From Harriotta raleighana (lineage: Eukaryota): 64,000 bases of DNA. Below, piece by piece: positions 27,488 through 40,499 of the stretch. The stretch is taken from assembly GCA_050575255.1 (NCBI GenBank), contig JBNZDD010013683.1:897282-961281 (forward strand). The letters are read 5' to 3'. The first letter of the stretch is position 1. Each line of letters starts with the position of its first letter. The position numbers and the translations under genes were made by a program. The notes beneath the pieces were generated by a model. It was not told where the DNA came from. It ran no database searches and saw nothing but the letters and a program-made list of their open reading frames with translations.

Positions 27488-28208
27488 CTGTTAACCCTTG
27501 TTGAACGCGACTTTATCGATTGCGAATTCAAGTATACACGACAAAACAAAAGCATCACTTTTTTGTGCACAAAACTTGTGTATATGCACTGGCTGGCCCC
27601 CGCGTGCATGCACACATGTGAGGATGCCGACCGCTCCCGACTAAATCCAATGATTGGTCCCGCCGCATGCGCACTTTTGACGAGGCCGGCAGATCCCGAC
27701 TAAAGCCAATGATTCCTCGGCTAGCTGGCCCTGCGTGCAATGCATTCTTGGGTAAGTTTTAGATGACTCTTTGGCCTCGGAGCATCCTGATGGCATTGCA
27801 TAGTAAACAGAAGAGACAGAGAAAGAGAGAGAAAAGTAATATAGCCTATCTGTGGTTTTATTGCTTTATTGCTTTTTTTTTTGCTTTGCTGCTTTGTTAT
27901 CGCTTTATAGCAATAAAGCGATAATAAAGCCAGATCCGACCTGTGGCTCTCTGCTCCCCCATCCCCCCTCCCACCCCCGAGCGGCTCTCTGCTCCCCTGC
28001 TGGCCCCAAGCATCTCTCCGCTCCACCCCCCTCCCCCAAGAGGCTCTTTGCTCCCAAACCCCTTCCCCCGAGTGCTTGAGGTGGGTAGCCTGTGACTGGA
28101 TTCCCCTAACCCCCCTTTTCCCAATACTTGTTAAGCTTACCCAATGTGATTTTATCGAGTGCACAGTTTTCCAGGAACGTAACCCCCGCGATCGACGAGG
28201 GTTAACTG
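27488..28208. mobile_element. Non-autonomous Tc1/mariner (Tigger/pogo-like) DNA transposon or MITE, 721 bp
   Basis: Left end TA|ctgttaacccttgttgaacgcg; right end reverse complement TA|cagttaaccctcgtcgatcgcg. TA duplication at 27486-27487 and 28209-28210. CpG-rich interior with no transposase ORF. Confidence 0.8.
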
Positions 28209-31200
28209 TAGTCAGAGAAGGCAGATAATGTCCAAAAAGGTCACATTTAAATTTTTTAAAAAGTTTTTGCCATCAAAATGTAAAAGTTAATATTACATAG
28301 TCACTTACCAGATTCATTGCCTTTTTGGTTTTCTTCACCCCCTTTTCCTCTAAAGACTTTGAAGGTCACAGTTGGGCCACAGATTAATGTTGCTGTGAGA
28401 CAACCTTTCATCTCTGTCTACTTCCTAGCACGTTCATTGTACAACCAAATATTGTACAGTATTTGCTGGTACTGTATTCCCAACATCATTTTGTATTCTG
28501 GGAACTACCAAGTGTATTACATGATGATTGAGGTCAATTTTACACCCACAAAAAAGTGACATTTATGTCTAACGCTTATGTCTTATGTCTAGGATGTCCT
28601 AAGGCACTGGACAAGGGAGGTTTAGGTCTGATCTCCTCCCTCCACTCACATTGCCATCCTTCCCAATATTTTAGTTGTTGTTTGATGCCTCCACTTTCCT
28701 ATTACACTGGAACGATCAGGTCCTGATGCAAACTTGCCATGAGTTGGGCAACATGATGCAAGCGATGTTGGGAATTAGTTTCCGTTTTGCATTGTAGCCC
28801 CAAGCATTGACTCGGGATGGAAACAATCTATTGAAATGTTGGTTGTGAATGGATTAACATTCTACTTGTGCACCATGTCTTTTTTTCAGAATCACTATTT
28901 AACTCTGCCCGATTAATTTACACTCAAACACGCTATATGTACAAATGTATCCAGCAGGCTTTGTAAAACCCGAAAAGGCTCGATGTGATGGTACAGGGAT
29001 GCACTTTGAGTAGATGTACCTTTTCTCAAGGTATTTATTATTTTTTATACAATGAAAGCTCTGCTCGGTTGTGAATGAGTGGTGTGTTTTATTTATGTGT
29101 ATCAACCATCCTTGGTTACTCAGCATAATCGTGCAGTAGGACTCTCTTTACCCCACATGGGTAACGTTTTATATCTTTTTCCTTGAAATAGACATAATTT
29201 ATTAGCCTAGTAAATCCAAAATGGCAGCCGACACAGAGGCGAAATGGAAAATGGCTGATGCCTTGGACATCAGGTCACTGCTGGCGTCAAGTAGTGCGTG
29301 CTGCACTTGCATGCCTATTCAAGGAACCTGCTTTGCCATTCATTTATCCATGGCAGTTTCTCCTCATCCGATACCTGCTGGAAATTCAGAGAATAGGTTC
29401 AAGTAGAGACACATTTTGTTTTCACATCACATGGAGCTGTTTCCTCATCGGCAACCCACGTACTCTTTATGGTTCCTTATGGTTTGATATTGACCTTGTG
29501 TGTCCCAAGCAACAGACGCTTGAGTTGGTGTGACGTCAAACCTGCCAACTCACTGTTACACAACAAAGCAGCACTGTGGACTCAGCCGTTGCACCATAAC
29601 TGAACAGTGTTGTAATTATCAAAACTATTATCACACTGCTGTTTTTTTCCCCCCAAAAAAACCTATAAAAGGAGGAGATAGATAACCATAAGATTTCAGC
29701 ACTAACCTACTACAGTACTTTATTCTGGGTCAAAAATGGTATGGTATATTAGAACCTGCCCCACCCCTCCCCCATTTCCACCCCCTGGAAAAAAAAGAAG
29801 AAAATACTGTACGCTGCACAAACTGAAGAGAATAACTGATTGTTGAGTCCAGTCACAGAGTGATGGTAATTTTCCGTCAGCATTTCTTCTGATGCCAAAT
29901 AGTCATTGGTGTCCAGGGAATTCTCAGATTGTTTTTATATATATTCACACGAATTGACCACTGACATGGCAAGATTAACTCCAAGGCACTCATTCTGACT
30001 TTAGATCAACCCAAACCGTTCAAAGAAAGTAGTGTAAATACACTGCTGCTGACAAAGCAGAGAAGGCTGTTTGCAATGCAGAAGAACATAATAATCCTTC
30101 CGACTTGAGTTTGCAGATCACATTTTCATCAACCTGCAAGGTGAGTTGATGAGTTCCTCGGACAATCATGGACGTTTCTTTCAAGGAGCAGTTATGGTTC
30201 TCAGTTTACACCCTTTGAAGCAAGCACAGTTCATCAATTGATTTTTAGCTTGTGATCATGGCAGTATGTTCTCAGCATTATTTTGTTTGTATCTCCATTC
30301 ACTTCTAGAGTTTTACCAATCCTCTCTTTCAGATGATATTGCCCCATTCTGCATTCTTACCCCCTATAAGATCCTACCGTGTAGTGTGCATATCACCACC
30401 TTTATTAAACATTTGTTTGAACTGCGACGTCTTTATGACAGGTTGTTATACTGGAAAGCTATTTGGTGAGCTCTTTACCACATGTTTATTACATACATCA
30501 ACCAACTACTTTCTTGTGCTACAAACCTCATCAACAACAACAATTTCCACCGATATAGCACCTTTAATTGTAAGGAGAACATTGCAAAGACAAAGAGGAA
30601 GTCTGACAGTATGATGCATGACGCCTGGATGAATACTTGACACATCTCCTCTGGATTCTTTCTCTTTCACTCACATAATTAGTGAGTGCTTGATCCTTTC
30701 AATTTACAATGTGTTCTACATTGCTTTGCAATGTGAGACATTTTGCTTCCAGAGGTCCAGTGATTGTCCATCTCTCTGGTAATATGGGAAAGAGTTTAAA
30801 GAGGGAGGGGAGGGTTGGAAAGAGACTGAGATCAGGAGCCCTTCCATCCTGATGGGGTAAGCACAATATTTCTGTTGCGGAATGGAATCCTCAGATTAGA
30901 AAGTACAGATACAACAAAACAACTGAAATCCTCAGCTTTGTTTGCATTCCTCAATCTAAAGCTTTGCCGCCAGAACTCATAACAAAACCAAATCCTATCC
31001 TTTTGAGTCCCACCTTCCAACTCTTTACCAATCCTCCCCCCACAAAATAAAACAAATCAGCACACAGTCGATTAAAGAAGTCATTTAATTTTAAAAAAAT
31101 ATATGTTCAGAATGGTCCTAACTGACACCTGTAGCCCATTGCGATTTGGGAGTAAATGGGAACTATGCAATCTGACTGTGAAACCACACTCCAATTGTTT

Positions 31201-32552
31201 CCGTGAATTTCTCATGTCAAAAATGTACTGGATCATATCTGTGTCTGGACTTAAAAGTGATTCACCCTGTATGATTTCTTAATTGGTTGAGGAACCCAAC
31301 TGTTTTATGAAGCTATCATACCATTTTCTTGGTTAAACGTATTGTTCAATTCATCAGGAATTCTCTGTAAATTTACCCTCAAAGTTCCGAGTGTTCACAA
31401 TAAACACACTGTTCATTCTGCTGGTGAAATGCTCTGTTATGATCATGGGGACTGGCTTCATGTGCACTCTGAACAATACAAAGAGGAAAGCTCTTGCTCA
31501 AAATTTCCTTCAACTCTCATGTTGGCTTTTCATCCTCTGAACAGGAAAAGTCTTGGCCTGTTCGCATGATTATTCTAAGGAACATAAAGCTTCATGGATA
31601 TCCTGATTTTTTTAAATAAAGGGCACAGAGAGACAATTTAGTTCCGAATGCCTCCTGATGCATTCTTTCAAAGCATTAATTTTTTTTTACTGAACCTTAA
31701 AACTGGTAGAGAGATTGGAAAACTGGTCTTTATTTTCTACTAACTGACTGCGGTAACATTGCCCTTTAAACACATCTTTACACAAACTGTATGTGGTTCT
31801 GTTCAAACGTACATTCCGCTTTGCCTCCTTGGAGCTAGGTGATTTTAATCCGCCCGCCGATTAACAAAATGAGCTTGGGTCATTATATTTCTAATAAGAT
31901 ATTTAATCAGGATTGCCTAAAGATGCCTGGGAGAAACAAGGAATCTTGCCTTTTTCATTCTTAGGGAAATATTGTCCAGGAAACTGTGTTAACTCCTACT
32001 CCGTACGATTGGAACAATGCCATCTTTGGCAAACCAGGGCAGATGACAAGACTTTAACATCACATCCAAAGGTCAGTGCTTCTAACATTGCAGCACCCTT
32101 GACGCCATACATTGGGTCACTAAACTACCGGTAGTAAGGTTGAGCACATTTTCTTGGGAGAGAAGTCTTGTGTTCTTTTGTCTTGTTGAACAGTTGAGAT
32201 CTTTTGAGCTGCGGAGTGCATCACAGCGCATCGGGCATCCAACATTAAACTTTTGTGTAAGCATTAAGAGGAAAACAAAATCGTTTGCATATCCCTTTTT
32301 GAACACAGCAGTTGTTGCACTAGAATAAAGAGCTGCGATATCAACATACTCTGTGGCACATTACTCATAACAATATGAAAACCGAAAACCAGCTACCTTA
32401 TTGAGTAAATTAGATTTGCACTATCAAAATCCTGACTGTTTGTTCTCTTTGCAGTCAGGTTAATATGTTACAGAAAATTGCAAATAGGTTGTCGAACTTT
32501 GACTTCAGAATCATTAATTTAGATATTTGAAAGTACTGAAAACCAACAATAG

Positions 32553-32558
32553 TTTATT
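32553..32558 (-). terminator. Candidate distal polyadenylation signal (AATAAA) of LRRC4C
   Basis: 'tttatt' on +, about 575 nt downstream of the stop codon in transcript orientation, in repeat-free AT-rich sequence. Confidence 0.45.
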
Positions 32559-33009
32559 TATAATCTTATTTAGTATTTGAACTACAAATTCTGAGTCTAG
32601 ACTTGTTTAAAAGATCATGGGTATGTGATTTTTTTTGTATGTTTTTTTTACATGTAAAGCAATCTTCACAGAATGGTTTGGTTTGTAAATATAGAACAAG
32701 ATGGTACATGGAAAATAAAAGATTTAATATAAATCTACCTCTAATACTGCATTCCCTGTCATAACCAGTTGTAAGAGCTCATGAAATAACAGAATGAGAC
32801 AAAACAGACTGAATCTCACCACTAGAATTCACCATAAAAACCCCATGTGAAACAGAATCCTTACAAAATATTTGAACAATCCCTCAGAGAATCAAAATCT
32901 CTTATGAAAAACATAGCGATGACTAAATTAATGGGCGCAGCATTGTATGTCAAATTGGTGTTTAGAATACACATAATTGTCTCTGTTTTAGATCACAATA
33001 GAATTATTT

Positions 33010-33015
33010 TTTAAT
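33010..33015 (-). terminator. Candidate proximal polyadenylation signal (ATTAAA) of LRRC4C
   Basis: 'tttaat' on +, about 120 nt after the stop codon. Confidence 0.4.
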
Positions 33016-33131
33016 AAATAAACCTCTTTAAAGACACTTCTTTTAAACAGTAGAGTCAGCCTTGTCCTGTTTGTCATTTGTAAATTTGTGTGTTCTTTGT
33101 GTTTTTTTTATATAATCCTTTTTTTGTTTTG

Positions 33132-35054
33132 TTAGATCTGTGTCTCTTGCACATTGTCCTTAGAGTTCACTCGCATCAATAATGGTTCATGCACAGAGCT
33201 GTGTATTGAGTTTATCGTGTTTACTGTGGTGGTATGGTTGAACGGTGCTTTGTACGAGTTATAATGGTTCATATCCTCGTGCTCTATGGCGGGCATCGTC
33301 AGGTGACTCTCTACGGCAGTGCCTCGCGCGATCTCTTCGTCCACATTGATGATCTCGATGGTCCTGATGGGAGCGTGGTGATTCTGGTGGTGGTGTTGCT
33401 TGCGCATTTTGTAAAAAATGATCAACATCACTGCCGCCATCAGTGTGATGGCTACAAAACACCCGATAATGATCTTGGTGGTTTTCATCACCTCATCCAG
33501 GCCGGGCATGACGTTGTCCCCCACGTCGGTGATGGCCACTGTGGCCGTCTTCTCTGTCGTCTTTGTGCTCCGAGGGGTCAGGGAGGTGGTCACAAAGGTG
33601 GTTTCCCAGTCGCTGAAAGGCGTGGGTCTGAACTTGTCCTCGCTCGTGTGTACCTGTATCGACGGCTCCATGGACTCCACCGTGACCGTGGTGAAATACG
33701 TGAAGGTGCTGTTCTCCGTCGCCGTCACGTTGAGCGTGGCTGAAGCCGTGGTGTTCCCTGCAGAGTTACTCACCATACATGTGTACAGCCCCGTGTCCTG
33801 GACCGTCACATTAGTAAAATTTAATGTGCCGTCGTTAAGCACTGAGATCCGCACTTTGTAGGCTCCGTGGGTCATTATGGTGCCATTCGGGGTAATCCAA
33901 CTCACTGAGGTCATGGAGGTCGACGCCCGGCATTTCAGCTCTGCAGCCATCCCTTCGGTCAGATTGAGGTCCGTAGGAGCCTCGACGATAACTGGCGCGT
34001 AGCAGTTGAACTTATTCTGGTCCAGTTCCCCGATGTAGCTGCCCTTCAAATTAGGCGGCGTGTGGCAGCGAGCACAACAGGTTGTGTTGGAGGGCACTAT
34101 CTCCTTCAGCCACCAGCTGAGCCACAGAATATCACAGTTGCAACTCCACGGATTGTGATGCAGGTGGACTCGCTCGAGGTGGTGGAGGGGAGTGAAGAGG
34201 TCGTGAGGCAGCAGAGTTAGGTTATTGTGTGCCAAGTTCAACTCGATTAGGGACTGGAGGTCGTCGAAGGCGTTCCTCTCGATCACCTGAATCTGAGCGT
34301 GCATCATCCACAGTTTCTGCAGGTTCGTCAGGCCCTGGAAGGAGCCCGGCCGGATCTGGGAGAGACGGTTTCCCGACAGCTCCAGCTCCTCCAGCTTCAG
34401 CAGAGTCATGAGGCTTGGGATGTCGCGCAGATTGCACATTCCAAGGTTCAGATACCTCAAGTTGAAAAGGCTATCAAAGGCTCTGTCCGAGATGTACTCC
34501 AGCCTTTTCAGTTCGCCTAAATCTAATCTTCTAAGCGAAGGGACTCGACTGAAAGCGTACGAGGGTATGCTCTCAATTGGATTATTCCGCAACCACAGCT
34601 CTTTCAGTTTCGATAGGTATTCAAAAGCTCCACTGGGGATGGTGGAAAGGCGGTTGTCAAACAGCTCCAGGGTGTTGAGGTTTGTCAGGCCGTTGAAGGC
34701 CCCGACCTCAATCTGTCGGATGTGGTTCTTACTTAACTGCAAAATCTCCAGGTGCCTTAAATGCTTAAAGCTGTCGGATTTGATGACCTGGATCCCGTTT
34801 TCTTGCAGGTTCAGGTAGCGTGTGTTGATGGAGATGCTATCTGGCACCTCTCGGAGATTACGTCGCGTACAGATCACTTTGCTGAACTGGTTACTACAGG
34901 AGCACACAGACGGGCAGGTCTGAGCTCTGACCAGACCAGCCACCACCAGCAATTGAAGAGCCAACAGCAGCACAAATAAGGGGTCGAGTATGGCCCTGTT
35001 AAACTTTGGACCTATCATCATCTGCTGTGGATGCAATGTCATCTTGTTCAACAT
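33132..35054 (-). CDS. LRRC4C: Leucine-rich repeat-containing protein 4C (netrin-G ligand-1), single coding exon, 640 aa
   Basis: N-terminus [11 protein letters not shown], signal peptide, LRRNT (QTCPSVCSC), LRR array, LRRCT (NPWSCNC), Ig domain, Thr-rich stalk, TM helix ([20 protein letters not shown]) and PDZ-binding C-terminus ETQI. It closely matches the vertebrate LRRC4C sequence as I recall it. Confidence 0.98.
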   Translation of the reverse strand: MLNKMTLHPQQMMIGPKFNRAILDPLFVLLLALQLLVVAGLVRAQTCPSVCSCSNQFSKVICTRRNLREVPDSISINTRYLNLQENGIQVIKSDSFKHLRHLEILQLSKNHIRQIEVGAFNGLTNLNTLELFDNRLSTIPSGAFEYLSKLKELWLRNNPIESIPSYAFSRVPSLRRLDLGELKRLEYISDRAFDSLFNLRYLNLGMCNLRDIPSLMTLLKLEELELSGNRLSQIRPGSFQGLTNLQKLWMMHAQIQVIERNAFDDLQSLIELNLAHNNLTLLPHDLFTPLHHLERVHLHHNPWSCNCDILWLSWWLKEIVPSNTTCCARCHTPPNLKGSYIGELDQNKFNCYAPVIVEAPTDLNLTEGMAAELKCRASTSMTSVSWITPNGTIMTHGAYKVRISVLNDGTLNFTNVTVQDTGLYTCMVSNSAGNTTASATLNVTATENSTFTYFTTVTVESMEPSIQVHTSEDKFRPTPFSDWETTFVTTSLTPRSTKTTEKTATVAITDVGDNVMPGLDEVMKTTKIIIGCFVAITLMAAVMLIIFYKMRKQHHHQNHHAPIRTIEIINVDEEIARGTAVESHLTMPAIEHEDMNHYNSYKAPFNHTTTVNTINSIHSSVHEPLLMRVNSKDNVQETQI

Positions 35055-35058
35055 TCAT
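34999..35058 (-). promoter_or_regulatory. Overlapping out-of-frame upstream ORF (19 aa) at the LRRC4C start
   Basis: Transcript sense reads aaattATGaATGttg. The first ATG gives [19 protein letters not shown]. Confidence 0.55.
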
Positions 35059-35104
35059 AATTTATTGGATGTTTGTTGTCTTAAATTCAATTTATCGCTG
35101 TAAT

Positions 35105-35130
35105 CTAAAAAGAGAGAAGAAAAACAAAAC
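35105..35130 (-). promoter_or_regulatory. 3' splice acceptor (polypyrimidine tract plus AG) of the LRRC4C coding exon
   Basis: Reverse complement 'gttttgtttttcttctctctttttag|attacagc'. The exon would begin at 35104, 50 nt before the ATG. Confidence 0.85.
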
Positions 35131-35699
35131 AAGATTTAGTCTATTGATCCAGCATGATGCTGTTCCATTCTGCATCTTTCCATTTGCTGCTTTCCCAAGA
35201 TGATTTCAATGCATCCTCTGATCTACTTGTAGTCAGCATCACCTAAGAAATTCTTTCAAACATCCGAGCTGTGCAATGCAGTATTTCCATACAAATAATG
35301 CAGACAAACAGAGAAGACAGGTTAATACAGAGTGACCAAAAAGTTGTGATATCTATATTATTATCTAAAAAAAATCAATAAAAAAAAGGCTTATCAGACA
35401 TTCTAATGGTATCACCAGTGTTTGGTCACTCTATACATAGTTCTAATATTATCCTCAATTCATCAGTGTTCATTTCCTGGCATCATAAATCTGGTATTTA
35501 ATGTAATAAAACCACAACAACTTTGGTTTATATAGCACCCTCCACGCCGGACGGCATCTCAGAGCGCTTCGATAATACCTCAGCAGGTTGAACACTCTCA
35601 AAGATCTCCAAACAATGGGTGCTAATTTGCAAGGACAGAATTATCTTATTGTATGAAGGCAGCATGCTTTGTCTGTCTTTATATTTTATATATATATAA

Positions 35700-35814
35700 A
35701 GAGCACTCGCTTGGCAAGCTGGAGACCTTGGGTTCGATTCCAGACATTCCAGTTCCTTGGGCAAGTTTCCTGACTCCCATTTGCGCTATACAAAATGCAA
35801 GGGTTATTATTACT
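35700..35814 (+). mobile_element. Short SINE: tRNA head joined directly to the tail, central domain absent
   Basis: B-box 'gggttcgattcc', then 'ccttgggcaagtttcctgactcc', then 'gcgctatacaaaatgcaagggttattatt'. Confidence 0.65.
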
Positions 35815-38800
35815 ATATATATAATAAATATGATGTATAATAGGTCTTAATATATTATGCATAATACAATATAGATATGTGTGGATTATTAATTGTCTTC
35901 TGTTCATATTGACTCACTGCAATAGTAATGTGACATATTGGGACTTCCAATGTTATCGTTATGTGATATTAAAATAATTTGGACATGGATTTTTTTTATC
36001 TGGGTGATAATAACTAAGTACAGTACTTATCCCTCGCTAAGTCATTCCATTGCTCTAGATATTGAGCAATGGAATGACTTCTCTCAATTGTGTGGTAAAA
36101 CTTCCTCCATAACCCAGTTCAAGAGTTTCTTGGGGTCTATTATATGCTTGACAAAATTATAACTCTTGCAGATACAAAATGTCGAGCAGGACAGTAAAAC
36201 ACGAGAGTAAAAGTGACGTTAATAGGAAAATTAGTGGCTAATGGTTAAAAACAAATTCCAGTGGCAGAACAAGAGCGCTCACTTATTTAAAGAAGAGAAA
36301 GGCTACAAAGATCATGGGTTGAAAGATTTCACACATTCGGTAGGTTCCAATGAGGCCGTACGTCATCAACCTAATGGTTTATGATACCATCAAAGTTCCT
36401 CAAGTGTGCAAAAAAACCTGTAGAACACTCCCGGATGCACACTATTCTCCACATTATGAACTGACTCACATAACCTAACACACAACTGGAATCTAAGTTC
36501 CGTGTTAACATTACCTAGAAAATGATGATTTACTGCTCTCTCATCACCAAACCTGATCAGAGCTATTTTGAATTTCTTTTTTGAAATGCTTCTTTTTAAA
36601 GAATAGCACAGAATATATCTCTTCACCAACACACAAGGCTGAATGATCATTCACTTTCATTCAGGGAAACATCAAAGTAAAAGAGAACACAATACGGGGC
36701 AGGAGTCAATAAACTAAATCAAAATCTTATTTATTTCCAGATATTTCAGTCCAATATGTAACAGCATCTGCTTCACCTCCTCCTTACTGTGACCTGAAAT
36801 CTCATTACCAAGGTAACCTCATCCTGTGCATCATTCTGCCCATTATTGTGCAGAGTATTGTGCCAGCCGAAACGCCTCCCACCATAGAGCAGTCAACTCT
36901 CATCAGCTGAAGTCGGAACATAAAATAGTGAATTCTTGTGGTGGGTGGGTGGCCAGCAAGGACAGAACCATATACCTTGTCCACAAAATTACAATAGTCA
37001 ATCCACTTTACTCCTGTGAAGCACTTTGAGACGTCTCAACGACTTGATAATGCATTAAATCAAATGCGAGGATATTCATGAGTAGTAATATTATTATCCG
37101 ATGAGCCTCAACCGACTCCTTTCTCCCTCTCATATTCTTCTCCTTGCTTCTGCCTCATGTATAAGATTTTATTTGGAGCATTTATCTGTCAAAATCTAAC
37201 CACAAAATATTCAGTCACTCCACTTTAACCTTTACAAGTGAAGCACTTTGAGACATGCTCTTGCTTAATGGCATTAAATCAAATGGGAGGAAGGGCGTGA
37301 ATTTTCTAGTTGTGCAAATCAGATTTCTTTTAATATAATTGTACTGCTAATAACAAGATAGATAATAAAAAACATTAATCGCAATGCATACTGACATTTA
37401 TTTTCCTGTGCTCTGTACCTCATCGTCTGGTGGCACTTTTACTCTCCGCCTTGTGACTACTGCAGTGCGATGCAGGCAATGTTTATCCACTGTCCATGTG
37501 GCCAGCACCTCAGGTTTGTTGCTAATAATTGATCTGACAAATGCACGCTTTATTAAAGGTTAGTCCAGTTCAAAGCAAGCTACCCGAGAGTCAATTCGTA
37601 TGAGTAAATTCCCCCAGTGTATCAATTTAGTTGCGTTACCTTTAATGGGAGCTGCTATCTTGCTGTGCTACACTTCCTTAACAAATCTGGAACAAACATT
37701 TAGCGGTGAAATGATGAGTCATTCTTCAAATGAAATGCCATCAACATTGTTTTTATAGAGACACTGGTTACTTCAGGGTTGATGCGGCTTCCGCTAAAAC
37801 TATTTTTTTTTGTGGTCAATTTAGGAAATTTGCCCTGTGGTGAATGCAGATTTATCATGGAATTGTGAATTTCAATTATTTTTTTTTAACTTAAAAATAC
37901 ATTAGCTATAGACACACACAAAACAAATGTACAGTACTATATTTAGCAAACAGAGTAGAACTGTGTTTAATCCACATCAATGCGTTTGCTGCAATGTGTG
38001 CACAGAACCGTCTAACCCCATCGTCCCAGTAGTGTATTTAGTGAACACATGAACCCAAACAAGCTCAATATCTGATCCCAGGGTAGGATCTGCAGAGTGA
38101 ACTTCCTTGTGTTTCCTTCCACTATATGGACCGCAATAAAGACACCACTAAAGTACTATCTGTTTGAGCATTGCTGCAATTTCCTTCAGTTTAATCTGTC
38201 ACTTAACTGGGCTTTTCCAGAGAACAGACCAGGTAGGAAAATTATGGATAATAGCCTACATTTTGTGGGTATGGACTTCCGGTGTAAAGTGGTTGTTACA
38301 TTTGGTTACAACGAAAAGGCACCGTACTTGCCTGATTACTGTATAGGTAGTTTTCAAGATAAATAGCAGTACAAAATTCAGTAAAATCTCTTATGCCAGG
38401 GCACCATTACAATCTGCAAATAAACTAGGTGTGCAAACAGCATTTGAGTTGGAAATTGTGGAGATTTACAGGCATTCCACCAGCAGACATCCAAGAGCTC
38501 TGGGTTTTAACGTTTCAGAAACAACTTGCAGTTGGATGGTATCTTCACGTAAGGATCCTGTCTGTGTTTCACAGTGATGGTGTGGAAACCTAAGTAATGT
38601 GGGGTGGGAGGGGGCAGTAAGTTACAAGCGGAAATAAACTAGAAATTCTGCTTCAGGCCTGCAGCATCTTAGGAAGATGAAGAGTTGCCCCGAGGTTTTG
38701 TTTCATCTCCATTCCTCACACCACAAGGCAGCTGAGGCTTTCAGCAGTGATTCATGCTTAAACCGTCGATGTGTTGCATTACCCCACTTTCACCATAACA

Positions 38801-39614
38801 GATTTATTCCACATATGCTTCTCCTGAACTCTAGCTGTGCTTAAAGTGTTCAAATTAAAATACGAGTTGTGTGTGACTGACAGATCAACAACAACTTCCA
38901 TTTATATAGTGTCTCTCACACAGGTTAGCCTCCCAGAGCACAGGTCATTGAAGCATTACATTTTCCAGTCCATTTTACTCTGTTCAGTCCGGTGGGAGAT
39001 GGGGGAGAGGAGAGAGAAGTGGGATGTTGCTCTCCTTCAAAGAGGGGAGGGGGTCAAATTCTGCCCTGGTACCAGGAAAGTCACAATCTTTCAACTGCAT
39101 TTTATACATGTAATACCCTGTCAAACACATTGTTCTAATTTTAAAAATAGGCCTTGCAATGCTGGTGCTGATGCTGGAACTAGCTCCTAAAGTGGTCGTA
39201 TGTTACTCAACCGATTGTACTGGCAGGCACCGACAGGACTGCAGCGTCTCTCACAGAGAAGGTCAGCTGCATGGTAGCTGATCTGTTTGCTTTTATGGTT
39301 GAGAGCGGAGGCACTCGCTACCCCAGTCACGGTTTCCACCGTGGGTCACCCGAACAGAGAGGCAGCTCTGTATCCCCTCCCACCTGCAGCCTGACCCCAT
39401 TTCAACTGTCCCTGTGGGACAGTCACAGATGCGAAGGGGTCATCAATCTGTGCGTCATTCGGGCTGACTGGATCTCACAGACGGGCTGCCGAGAAGGTAC
39501 GTGAATAATGAAAGTGAAATACATGCTTAATTGTGAAAGGTAATAAAATATGCGTTGCATTTTTTTTTACAGCTGATTCCAGCTGAGGTGACAGGACAGC
39601 GACAGTGTGAGCTT

Positions 39615-39688
39615 GTGTGAACGCCTTGGGACATCCTCCCGACGTGAAAGGAGCTAGACAAATGTAATTTTGCTGTTGTTGTTGTTGC
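39615..39688 (+). mobile_element. L2-type tail
   Basis: 'gccttgggacatcctcccgacgtgaaaggagctagacaaatgtaattttgctgttgttgttg'. Confidence 0.7.
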
Positions 39689-40499
39689 GTCAAGCTCAGC
39701 TCCTGAATCCCCCAGGAAAAAGTGGATTCCAAGCACTGTAACCTGTCAGCTCTGATTGAAGTTAATCAGGTGCTAGAGGCAAGCCTGACACAGCAAAAAA
39801 AATACAAACACCAGTTAAGTTCATGCTTAGGTTTTATGTGGAGTCTTTTGTTCTTTTTTTAAAAAAAAGGAAGGCTGTATACTTTATTTAGTTCTGTTTT
39901 TAGTTCTAATCTGATGCCCTTTCCTGATACATATCTATCACAGCATGTCTTGATATCACATCCCCCTCTCTCTCAGGTGGGGATAGCGGTGAGAGGTTGT
40001 TTTCCTTTAATGGAATCAGAATGTAGATTTGGGGATTCTACGCTGGTACCAGCACAGTCACAATCTTGAATAAAATACAACTGCCTTTAATGTCCACTTA
40101 TCTGTAACACTCCATCCTACAACAAATGTTTGCAAGAATACATTATTTTACAAAATTGCCTTTCAATGCTGGTACAGATTCAGCATTTTTTTTTAAAAAA
40201 AAACCTTTGTTAAGCTAACGATTCGATTTGTTGTTTGTTTCTCATTTTATAAACCAGCCAAAAAGTCTTGTAAGAAAAAGACATTTTGGGCACCTAAGGT
40301 AGATGATGTGAAAGACACTGCTTTTCTCAATTGCCTTCTATTTAATTTATCCCCAATTTCTAGTTCTCTTCCCCCATAGTCTCCAAGACCAAGCAATACT
40401 TCCATTTTAACATAGAAACTGGCAAAGTTCAACTTTTTTTTTTGACAGACTATAACAATAATCCCTGCATCTGACATACCTCATTTACAAAACAATTAT

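Noticed and set aside
27479-28164. Several overlapping ORFs up to 147 aa
   Set aside because: They lie inside a GC-rich, low-complexity MITE interior and show no transposase or other motifs.
33234-34979. Multiple ORFs of 60-169 aa overlapping LRRC4C in antisense or alternative frames
   Set aside because: Expected shadow ORFs of a GC-rich coding exon; no recognisable domains.
37485-37512. REST/RE1-like half sites (ctgtccatg, cagcacc)
   Set aside because: Orientation and spacing do not fit the canonical RE1 motif, so it cannot be supported without data.
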